From: Chiloscyllium plagiosum
Taxonomy: Eukaryota
Direction: 5' to 3'
Assembly (NCBI RefSeq): GCF_004010195.1
Contig: NC_057720.1
Location: forward strand, 2,680,669-2,744,668
Length of the DNA stretch: 64,000 bases
Shown: piece after piece, positions 23,778-34,635 of the stretch
Position numbering within the stretch: the first letter of the stretch is position 1
Layout: every line of letters begins with the position of its first letter
Notes under the pieces: model-generated
Told to the model about the DNA's origin: nothing
Database searches by the model: none
Seen by the model: only the letters and a program-made list of their open reading frames with translations
Made by a program: the position numbers and the translations under genes

Positions 23778-25190
23778 GATGTTGTGAAACTTGAAAGGAT
23801 TCAGAAAAGATTAACAAGGATGTTGCCAGGGTTGGAGGGTTTGAGCTATCGGGAGAGGCTGAGTGTGTTTTCCCCGGAGTGGCGGAGGCTGAGGGGTAAT
23901 GTTATAGAAGTTTGTAAAATCATGAGCATAGATAGGATGAATACTCAAGGTCTTTTCCCCAGGAAAGGGGAGTTCAAAGTTAGAGGGCATAGGTTTAGGT
24001 GAGAGGGGAAAGATTTAAAAGGGACCTAAGGGGCAATGTTTTCATGCAGAGGGTGGTGTGTGTACGGAAAGAGCTGCCAGAGGAAGTGATGGAGGCTGGT
24101 AAAAGGTATTTGGATGGGTATATCAATAGGAAGGGTTTAGAGGGGATATGGGCCACATGCTCCCAAATACAGTTATAGAGTCATAGAGATGTTGTGGTTC
24201 TGTTCGCCGAGCTGGGAATTTGTGTTGCAGACGTTTCATCCCTGTCTAGGTGGCATCCTCAGTGCTTGGGATCCTCCTGTGAAACGTTTCTGTGATGTTT
24301 CCTCCGGCATTTATAGTGGTTTGTCTCTGCCGCTTCGGGTTGTCAGTTCCAGCTGTCCGCTGCAGTGGCCGGTATATTGGGTCCAGGTCGATGTGTTTGT
24401 TGATAGAATCTGTGGATGAGTGCCATGCCTCTAGGAATTCCCTGGCTGTTCTCTGTTTGGCTTGTCCTATAATAGTGGTGTTGTCCCAGTCGAACTCATG
24501 TTGCTTGTCATAGAGATGTGCAACTCGGAAACAGACCCTTTGGTCCAACTCGTCCATGCTGACCAGATATCCTAAACTAATCTAGTCCCATTTGCCATCA
24601 TTTGACCCATATCCCTCCAAACCCTTCCTATTCATATATCCATCCAGACGCCTTTTAAATGCTGTAATTGTATCAGCATCCACCACTTCCCCTGGCAACT
24701 CGTGAAAATGTTGCCCCTTAGGTCCCTTTTATATCTTTCCCCTTTCACCCTAACCCTAGTTCTGGACTCCCCCACCCCAGGGAAAAGACCATGTCCACTT
24801 TTCCTATCCATGCCCATCATGATTTTATAAACCTCTATAATGTCACCCCTCAGCCTCCATTGCTCCAGGGAAAACAGCCTCAGTCTATTCAACCTCTCCA
24901 TAATAGCACAAAACCCCCAACACTGGCAACATCCTTGTAAATCTTTTCTAAACCCTTTCAAGTTTCACAATATCCTTCGGATAGGAAGGAGACCAGAATT
25001 TCAAGCAAGAAACCAGAAGTGTTCCTTTCTTATTTCTCAGTTCCACCCAAATAACTTCCCTGGATGTATTCCCAGGAATATCCTCCCTCAGTAAATAGGA
25101 CGAGGTTAGTTTAGAATATCTGGTCGGCATGGACAGGTTGTACCAAGGGGTCTCTTTCCCTGCTGTACATCTCTATGATTCTCTGACTCT
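23778..25190. mobile_element. Nested CR1(+) / CR1(-) cluster
   Basis: KLERIQKRLTRMLPGLE on +; antisense CR1 about 24171-25092; + copy resumes at about 25093. Confidence 0.85.
24193..24506 (-). mobile_element. Penelope-like fragment, third family, with GIY-YIG endonuclease C-terminus
   Basis: HEFDWDNTTIIGQAKQRTAREFLEAWHS; CTGAGGA...GAAACGTC motif; 13-bp TSD gtcatagagatgt. Confidence 0.85.
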
Positions 25191-25609
25191 AAGTTGAAAG
25201 ATGTTTCCTCTTGTGGTAGAATCTGAAACTAGACATCACTGTTTCGAAATCAGCAATTGCCAGACAGAGATAAGAAGAATTTTTTTGTCTCTCTGTTGGT
25301 GATGAGTCTCCAAGAGTCTCTTCCTCCAAAGGTGATCGAAGCAGAATCCTTGAATATTTTTAAGATAGAGGTAGATTCTTGATAAGTAAAGGGACAATAG
25401 GGTAGTGGGGTGTAGGTGTGACTGTGGAGTGATCCGATCAGCCATCCTCTTAACTAATGGTGGAATAAGGGACTGAGCAGCCTAATTTGTGTTCTCACAG
25501 GTGGGTCTCTGCACTCCTCGAATCCTCACCCATTCAGCCTCCTCGATTTGAATCGCTCCATCATTTGTGGCCATGCTTTTAACTCCTGTACCCTTCTCCC
25601 ACCCCTGGA

Positions 25610-25930
25610 ATTCTTTCTCTAATCCTCTCTATCTCATTCTCTTTCTCCCTCTCACGTTCTCTTTCTCTGTCATATTGTCTCTGTCTCTTTCTCATTGTTT
25701 CTCTCTGTCTCATTTTCTCTCTCTCTATCTTATTTTCTCTGTCAAATTCTCTCACTCTGTCACATTCTCTCTCACTCTCTCTGTCCCTCTCTGTTGCATT
25801 CTCTGTCTGTGTCACATTCTCTCTCTCTGTCTCATTCCCTCTCCCTATCACATTCTCTCTCCCCCCCGTCGCATTCTCTGTCTTTCATTCTCTCTCTGTC
25901 ACATTCACTCTCTCTCTTGCTCTCTCTTGT
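25610..25930. repeat. CT-rich low-complexity repeat (tctctctctgtcacat variants)
   Basis: Visible degenerate tandem. Confidence 0.9.
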
Positions 25931-26887
25931 GACGCTCCAGAAATCCTAAATGAGCAAACATTTGATTCTCCGCTATCTCCTGCGATGACTTGGTGTCAGG
26001 TTTTCTGTGATTATTGCTCCTTTGGAGCATCTTGGAATGCAATCCTTGGTTAAAGGTACTACAGAAATGCAGGTTGTTGCTCTGTAGTCTGTAAACCGAC
26101 CAGATTTACCAATCAGAAACGCAGTCTGGATAGACCATGAAGTGTCCTACTGTTATACTTTGTCTGTTTGCGAGAGCTTTCTGACCCATATCCTACAGAA
26201 CTTTGCCACACCCAGAGGTGATTAAGTATAAACTATCTGTAAGGAGGCGCTATAACAATGCACTCTCCCTTAATCCTTTGCTGTGATGTCAGTCCACACT
26301 CAGTGCTCAATCCCAAGGGTAGGATTTTAACCCACAGCCTTCTGACTCACCAGTAGCTAGTGCCAACAAACCTGATGAAGTTGTTTCAACCAGTAAGAAG
26401 GGTGCTTTGTTTGAGAATGATTCTCTTAGTTTCAGCCCACTGCTGTACGGTGCACAAAATGCATAACCCCATTGATGAGTAATAGCAAAACATTTTGATG
26501 GCTAAGCTTATTTTAATTGAGTTGAATTGAAGCCCTTTAGATGCAAATTCGAGCCTAATGGATGAGCATGTATTTCCATGGCGATGTTAACTTTCCATTT
26601 GTTGACTTAATTCTCCAGTGAAGGAGAAACGGGGAAGACAGATGCAATTTGCCTCACATAGATGCTAAATGTCTGAACAAATTAACCTTTCTTTCAACAT
26701 GTGGATTGTTGCAAACCAGTCATCAATAATTGTGTTATGTTCACGGCAGTACTTACAGTCAGTTATATAGCCACAGTTATTCTCATTGACGATTTGCATT
26801 GTCTCATGTTATATCTGATAAGTCACGGTGAGTTGACTTGCCTTCTGTTTGTTTATTATGTTGGTGCGTATATAATTCCTACATTAG

Positions 26888-26941
26888 GGCCCCAAAGGCG
26901 AACCTGGCTTATTCCCCATTAAAGCACCATCTGGCGAACAG
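26888..26941 (+). CDS. col24a1: Collagen exon, 54 bp, GPKGEPGLFPIKAPSGEQ, containing a Gly-X-Y interruption
   Basis: Acceptor cctacattAG, donor GTaaat; aligns to recalled human GPKGDPGFSPGQPVPGEK including the helix imperfection. Confidence 0.85.
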
Positions 26942-27713
26942 GTAAATTGGTCTGGGATCTCATCTATGTGCTTGTGTCATGGGGAGTCTTCTGTGTAATC
27001 ATGTCTGTACTGCCCCTCCCTGTCCATCACTGCTCCTTGTCTGCATGGTGCACACTGAGTTACTCTGCTCTTTCGAGGAGAATTGGTTATCAGTGAAGTG
27101 AGACTTGCAGAGCCTGGTCAATGTGCATGATTTCAGTGTTGAGCCGTGGTGTTGCAAAGCATCGATGTGTTCTGCATGTCTTGTTTCTGCAGTTGCCATC
27201 AGTATTTGATCTGTGTGTGTTTTCTGTTTCACGTGGGTTTGGTTTTGCACGGGCTGACAGGGTGTGGGCAGGGAGTGCTGGAGGGTCTCACTGCTGTCAA
27301 TTAGCTTTCTGTCTCCTTCTCGCACGAGGTGTTGGGTCTGAGTGATCGTTCCAAGTTGCATGAGATTACTTGGGAGCAGTGGCCTCAACCATTTGTCAGT
27401 CAGGCCGGGGTAATCAAACCGGTCACTTTAAACCAGATCAGCACTGGCAGTGAGGAGGTTAGGTACAGGAGGAGGCCATTCAACCCCTTGAACCTATCCC
27501 ACCATTCAATTAGATTATGTTTGCTTGGGATGTCATCTCTCTTTACTCACCTTAATATCATGTTCCATGACAACTTCAATTGATCTCAATTCTAATTGTT
27601 CAGTTCAAGGGAGAGGACACCAGGACTTCTCCAGAAATGCTATTGGATTTATCTCCTGAATGGTGTGGCTCTCATTTTAAAGATTCTCCAGCCACTGTTT
27701 TCAATTCAAAACT

Positions 27714-27844
27714 CCCCCTCCGTCCTCCTCCCTGTCTCCTCTCCCTCCCCGAATCCCTCCCTGTCTCCCCTCCCCATCTCCCCTCCCTGTCCCTCACCCC
27801 CTCTCCTTCCCCCTCTCCCTCCCCCTCTCCCTCCCCCTCTCCCT

Positions 27845-27875
<31 letters not shown>

Positions 27876-28040
27876 CCCCGCCCCCCCTCCCCCCCCCCNN
27901 NNNNNNNNNNNNNNNNNNNNCATCCCGTCTCCCTCCCTGTCTCCCCTCCCCATCTCCCCTCTCCCACTCCATCTCCCCTTCCCATCTCCCTCCCTCTCTC
28001 CACCCACCATCCCGTTTCCCTCCACATCTTCCTCTACGTC
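27714..28040. repeat. C-rich polypyrimidine tract with poly-C and a 22-N gap (27899-27920)
   Basis: (ccctctccctcc)n and C homopolymer. Confidence 0.9.
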
Positions 28041-29019
28041 TCCCATGAACACATAAAATATTATTTTGTTCATCGTTCCCAATGAAGGAGGAGGGAACAC
28101 TGCTCTCACGTAATCTCCCGAGGAACAATAACCCTGTAGAAAGTGTGGTTTGACATGCTGTTTCAATTTTAACTCATTCAGACTGTGATACGAAATCTTG
28201 TTTGACCTGATTTCTCAGGGGTCTCTCATTGTTTAGTCAGTCTTCCTGTAGATGAATCTAGAAGCTCCTTACCAGCACACAGAAGATGTGCTCACCTGAA
28301 TTATAGGAAGAGTAGGCCATTCAGCCCTTCCACACCTGCTCTGCCATTCATGGCTGATCTGAATGTAGCTTCTTCTTACATTCCTGCCTGCCCTTGGGAA
28401 ATATGAGCCCATTCAAATGGGGTGGGGGCAGAAGGAAGGGGAGGTCTCTCAAAGACTTCACAGCAAACTGCTGAGGTTTTACCTTGGGAAAGTTGCCTGT
28501 GACATGAAGCTGACTCCTCTCGCTCTTTCCCTGTGTTACAGCTGACATCCTCAAACCTTGCAAACTGGTGGGTAACAGCCAGTGTCTCGAGGGGAGGGGG
28601 AACAGATGGGTGATGGGAACAACTTCGCATTGTGTCAAACCCAATGGGGAGTATGGATTACAATGAGATCTACGCTCTCATTCTGCCCAGAACAGAGAAG
28701 GCAGGAGAAGACCAAAGGTGTTCAACCGAGCACAAAATCATACAACCCGAATAGCGGCTGTTCAGCCCATTGTGCATATTCTAGCTCTTTGGACAAGTTG
28801 TCCAATTTACCCCCCTCCTCTTGCTTTATTTCCAATTACCCTGTAACTTTTTCCCTGATATGTTCTCTGAAGTCAGTGTGTTATATAAACCTTCAGCACA
28901 CACCAACCAGAAGTGATAGTGGAATTCCCTGAAAGTATAAAATATTTAGTTTGACACTTTTGCGTCTCATCTTGTGATTTCTCTCCCTCTCTTTCTCTCT
29001 CTCTCTCTCTCACACACAG

Positions 29020-29073
29020 GGGGAACCAGGTCCCATCGGTCCAGTTGGCCCTCCTGGTCCATCAGGTCAAAAG
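29020..29073 (+). CDS. col24a1: Collagen exon, 54 bp, GEPGPIGPVGPPGPSGQK
   Basis: (CT)n(CA)n-AG acceptor, donor GTaata, perfect Gly-X-Y. Confidence 0.9.
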
Positions 29074-29544
29074 GTAATAAACTGTTTTTTTGTTCATGAA
29101 ATATTTTCATCGAGAGTGTGCATTCAAAAACAAACAAAAAACCAAAATATTGGAATGTTTTGAGCCTGGCTTCTTTTGTATATCCGGTGAATTTTAACAC
29201 AGTGTTGTCTTGCAGATAGTGAGTTTTGCTTGCTAAAAGACAGAAAAGTTGAATTTCAACAGGCGATCCTAACCTGCTCAGGGAATTTAAAATGCCAGTG
29301 AGCAATGTCATTGTACAGCAATAATTTGAAGTCTGTCCTGGGGATGTATCTGAAATAAGCAACATTTCCACTTTCAATACATGGCATTCCATTGATGGCA
29401 CCAGGATCTGTCTGTGACTCTAACCATCTCCTGGTTGAATTTCCATTATCTTCACCTTCATAATTCCAAAACCTTGCAGCCTTCTTCCTTATATCCCTCC
29501 AGTCCCAGCCACCCATCACTGTCCTGTTCTCAGTAACTGACCTT

Positions 29545-29870
29545 AGGTGGCATGGTGGCTCAGTGGTTAGTACTGCTGCCTCACAGAACCAGGGTTCAAG
29601 TCCCACCTCGGGTGACTGTCTGTGTGGAGCTTGCACAGTCTCCCCGTGTCTGCGTGGGTTTCTTCCAGGTGCTCCGGTTTCCTCTCACAATCCAAAAATA
29701 TGTAGGTCAGCTGAATTGGCTATTCTAAATTGCCCGTAGTGTGAGGTGCGTTAGTTGGGGTAAAATATATTGTAGGGGAATGGGTCTGGGTGGGTTACTC
29801 TTTGGCGGGTTGGTGTGGACTTGTTGGGCTGAATGACCTATTTCCAAACTGTAGGGGACCTAATCTAATC
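29545..29870 (+). mobile_element. V-SINE (HE1-like)
   Basis: Head, V-domain, (taatc)n tail. Confidence 0.85.
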
Positions 29871-31109
29871 CTTGTTTTCAGATCCAACCACCTCTGGGAT
29901 GTCTGTGCTGTATTAATTCCAGCCTTGAGCTTGGTTCTCATTGCTCCACCATTGGCGGCTGAGCTATTGAGCTGCCTAATTCCTAAATCTTTTGAATTCT
30001 CTCCCTGGGCCTCTCTCTCACAGGCCGAGAAAGGGATTAAAAGGGAATCCTGGCCTTCATAGATTGTCTTACAGGCAATAAGGACAAGGAAGTTATGACA
30101 AGCCTTTTTAAACTACTGCTTCAGCCTTGGCTGGTGTCTGGACCTTCGACATGGCTGAGGAAAGATTTACAAGAATGATGAGGAACTCCCACTCCAGCGC
30201 TGGTGAAGAGTCACCTAGACTTGAAACACTAACTTGCTGTCCCTGCCTGGATGCTGTCTGACCCACTGTAAGCTCCAGCATTTGTTGCTTTCAGCTTTGG
30301 CAGTGATTGTTAAATCTGCATCGTTCTCTTTGGAGAAGGTAGAGAGGACACTAGTTCAGGGTGGTCAAAATCAGTGCTGGGAAAAAGCCCAAAGAGAGGA
30401 GACTCTTTGCTTTAATATTGTTTCTGAGTGCAGGTTTCCTAAGGGAACCACAAGGTAAGGTTGTGTCTCCTCAACATCGTGCCTTCTACCCTTACAGACT
30501 GTAGTATCTTGACTGATACTGGGCATTGAGTCATTGAACCACAGAAACATATATCCATAAGGCAAAGTATGCAAGGCAGAGGCAGATTAGTGCCAATTAT
30601 GGATAGGTCACGGCTGGAGAACTATGTATCGTTGTAGTGCCACAGTTTGAGGAGAAAGTGAGGTCTGCAGATGCTGGAGATCAGAGCTGGAAATGTGTTG
30701 CTGGAAAAGCGCAGCAGGTCAGGCAGCATCCAGGGAACAGGAGAATCGACATTTCGGGCATAAGCCCTTCTTCAGGAATTACAGTTTGCCACAGTTTGCT
30801 TTGGGTTGAGAGTAGTCTCAGTTCACTAAGACTCCAGGAGGTAGATTATGAGGAGACATTAAATAATGAGGTTTGAATACCCTAGAATATACAAGGTTCT
30901 AAAGGAGTTGCTAATGACAGGGGGGACAGCAACAGCCCTGTCAGCTAGCATGTGCCACTTTGATGCTCACCATGATAGTGGCTTGATGACATTGGCTAAT
31001 ACCAAAAACACCTGTGTATAAATCTTCATTCATGGGATGAGGGTATTGCTGATTGGTCCAGTATTTATTGCCTATCCCTCACTGCCCTTGAGAAGAGAGA
31101 CCGAGGGTT

Positions 31110-32730
31110 TCAGACATGTAGATCTGTGAAAGTTTTATCATAGGTAGACAAGGAGAGTAAGGAGTTTAGCACACTTGTGTTCATTGTGCGGACAATTGAC
31201 TATAGGAGTTGGGACGTCACATTGAGATTGTACAGGACATTGTTGAGTCCTCTTCTGGAGTATTGTGTCCAGTTCTGGTTGCTGTTATTGGAAGGATATG
31301 ATTAAATTGGAGAGATTTGAGAAAATATTGAACAGGATGTTGCAGGGGCTGGAGGGTTTGCGTTATGAGGAGAGGATAGATAAGCTGGAACGTTTCTCAC
31401 TGGAATGAGCAAAGTTTCCACTTTCAATACAGGCTGGTACAGAAGGTGAAGTCACATAAGATCTGTGGTGAGATGGTATAAGTTGGATTCAGAATTGACT
31501 GAGTCATAGATTGTAGTCATAGAAGGCTGATTTTCTGACTGGGGATCTGTGACCAATGGTGGGACATATAAATGATTTGAAGGAGAATGCAGGTGGCCTG
31601 ATTCTTAAGTTTGCAGATGACACAAAGATTGGGGTTGGCTGCCAGGAGGATTGTTAGGATACAGCAGGATACAGGTAGGCTGGAGACTTGGGTGGAGAAA
31701 TGGCAGATGGAGTTTAATCCGGACAAATGTGAGGTGATGCATTTTGAAAGATCTAATGCAGGAGGGAAGTATAGAATAAATGGCAGAACTTCATCAGAAA
31801 TGAAGGGCTTATGCTCAAAATGTCGATTCTCCTGCTCCTTGGACGCTGCCTGACCTGCTATGTTTTTCCAGCACCACACTTTCGACTCTGATCTCCAGCA
31901 TCTGCAGTCCTCACTTTCTCCTAGAAAAACTGGCAAGTCATGTTGCAGCTGTACAGAACTTTAGTTAGGCCACATTTGGAGTATTGTGTACAGTTCTGGT
32001 CGCCACATTTCCAGAAGGATTTGGAGCGGGCACAGAAATGGATAACCAGGATATTGCTTTCAAAGGTATTAGCTACAGGAAGAGATTGGAGAAACTTGGC
32101 TTGTTTTCACGGGAACATCAAAGGATGAGGGGCAGCCTGATAGATGTTTACGAAGATTTGAGAGACATGGATAGAACGGACAGAGTCTTTTACCTAGGGT
32201 AGAAATGTCATTTACTAGAGGCAATATGTTTAAGTAAATTTAAAGGCGATATGAGAGGGAAGGTGTTTATGCAGAGGGTGGTAAGTGGCTGGAACGTGCT
32301 GCCTGAGGCAGTGGTGGAGGTTAATATTATGGCTGTACCAGACATTGGTAAGGCCACATTTGGAGTACTGCATACAATTCTGGTCACCCTGCTATAGGAA
32401 GGATGTTATTAAACTGGAAAGGGTGCAAAAAAGATTGACAAGGATGTTATCGAGACTGGAGAGTTTGAGCAAGACGGTGAGGCTGGCTAGGCTGAGTCGA
32501 TTTTCCTTGGAGCGTCAGAGGCTGAGGGGTGACCTTACATACGTTTTGTAAAATCATGAGGGGCACGGATAGATTAAATGAACAAGGGTTTTTTTCTCAA
32601 GCTAGGAAAGTCCAAATCAAGAGGGCATAGGTGTAGGGTGAGAGGGGAAAGATTTAAAAGGGACATGAGAGGTAACTTTTTCACACAGCAGGTGGTGCAT
32701 ATATGGAACTAGATGGCAGAGGAACTGAGA
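31110..32730 (+). mobile_element. Cluster of CR1 fragments with a Penelope fragment (about 31790-31921)
   Basis: EKWQMEFNPDKCEVMHF; LYRTLVRPHLEYCVQFWSP; LYQTLVRPHLEYCIQFWSPCYRKDVIKLERVQKR. Confidence 0.85.
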
Positions 32731-32732
32731 GA

Positions 32733-32987
32733 GGGTGGCACTGTGGCTCAGGGATTAGCACTATGCCTCCCAGCGCCAGGAACGTGGGTTTGATTCCAGC
32801 TTTGGGTGACTGTCTGTGTGGAGTTTGCACATTCTCCCCGTGTCTGCGTGGGTTTCCTCTGGGTGCTCCGGTTTCCTCCCACAGTCCAAAGATGTGCAGG
32901 TTAGGTGAATTGGCCATGCTAAATCACCTATAGTGTAGGTTAGGTGTATTACTTAGGGGTAAGTGTAGGGAAATAGGTCTGGATGGA
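32733..32987 (+). mobile_element. V-SINE 5' part, split by the LTR element; 3' part at 40103-40180
   Basis: SINE sequence stops at ggtctggatgga and resumes gtggattactctttggagggtcagtgtggacttgttgggcc. Confidence 0.88.
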
Positions 32988-34464
32988 TGTTCCATCAGAG
33001 GGTAAACCCTCCTGCTTAATTTAAATCAGCAACACAGAAAAGATTTATCCTGTGCAGTAATATGTGAAAATTCAAGAGACCAAAAACTATTTAAAGTAAA
33101 AATTAACAACTTTATTTCTTAAAAGTATAACAGATAATAATCAATTAACGACTATTCACAACTCCTTCCTCTAACCTATCTTTTACTTTCCCTTCTACAA
33201 TACTAATCTGATAAAACTCCTTATTAAGGTTTACCAAAATTCAAATTTTCAAAACGAGCCAGATGTTGAATCTTCTCTTTATATCTTCCTTTGTCTTAGA
33301 TTCATAGAGTCACAGAGATGTACAGCATGGAAACAGACCCTTCAGTCCAAGCCAACCAGATATCCCAACCCAATCTCGTCCCACTTGCCAGTACCCGGCC
33401 CATATCCCTCCAAACCCTTCCTATTCGTATACCATCCAGATGCCTTTTAAATGTTGCAATTGTACCAGCCTCCACCCCCACTTCCTCTGGCAGCTCATTC
33501 CATACACGTACCACCCTCTGTGTGAAAAAGTTGCCCCTTAAGTGTCTTTTATATCTTTCCCCTCTCATCCTAAACCTCTAGTTTTGGACTCCCCCATCCC
33601 AGGGGAAAACCTTGTCTATTTACCCTATCCATGCCCCTCATGATTTTATAAACCTCTCAGGTCACCTCCTTATCCTCCGATGCTCCAGGGAAATTAGCCC
33701 CAGCCTATTCAGGCTGTCCCCATAGCTCAAATCCTCCAACACTGGCAATATCCTTATTAATCTTTTCTGGACCCTTTCAAGTTTCACAACATCTTTCCAA
33801 TAAGAAGGAAACGAGAATTTGCATGCAATATTCCAACAGTGGCCTAACCAATGTCCTGTACAGCCACAACATTGGCCTAACCAATGTCCTGTACAGCCAC
33901 AACATGACCTCCCAACTCCTGTACTCAATACTCTAACCAATAAAGGAAAGCATACCAAATGCTGCCTTCACTATCCTATCTACCTGTGACTCCACTTTCA
34001 AGGAGCTATGAACCTGCACTCCAAGGTCTCTTTGTTCAGCAACACTCCCTAGGACCTTACCATTCTTTTCTTCTTCTTCGGGATTTCTGTTTCACAGGTT
34101 ACTGATCAATAAAGGTACCTTTAAAAGAGCTATTCTCTGGGCAGTCTGCAGATGCTGGTGGCTTGTCAGTTCTCCTCCTAACGGTTCAATTTTCCCCGGT
34201 CTTATACCCCTAAGCATTGGATTGTGTCATTGGCTTTTAAGATTGTCAATATATTAAATTCATACTTGGAGTTTGCTATTTTTCAGGGTATAATTTCAAC
34301 TGATTGGCTAATTCAAACTTGTTTTGTCATCTCCAGGCACCCAGCTAATCGAGTTGTTTGATCAAATGTTACATTGTATCTTGATCAGAACACTTGGTGC
34401 TGTCAGGTAGTTCTGCTAGATTTTAACTCTCTTAAAGGTACATTTCACCCACATTTTCATAACA
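32988..34464 (-). repeat. 3' LTR, interrupted by a CR1 insertion at 33298-34063
   Basis: Aligns with 39386-40102 once the CR1 is removed; ends cataaca next to the PPT. Confidence 0.92.
33298..34063 (-). mobile_element. CR1 3' fragment inserted in the LTR, with an internal 33-bp tandem duplication (about 33840-33905)
   Basis: RGNFFTQRVVRVWNELPEEV; YWKDVVKLERVQKR. Confidence 0.92.
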
Positions 34465-34635
34465 CCTCCCCCCTTAAGAAAAAATGAACCATCAGAATGA
34501 AAAGATGTCTTCTTTTTTTCTATTCTTCAAACACATTACCGAAACATACCGACCTTTAATCTAAGTTCACTTTAACTTCTTCCCATATAACTATATAAAT
34601 TAAGTAGATACAAATCTCATCTAAACTTTATCAGT

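Noticed and set aside
25567..25949. Ser/Leu-rich and Arg/Glu-rich ORFs
   Set aside because: CT microsatellite-like low complexity
27580..28166. Pro-rich and Gly-rich ORFs
   Set aside because: Low-complexity C tract spanning a gap; no Gly-X-Y pattern or splice sites
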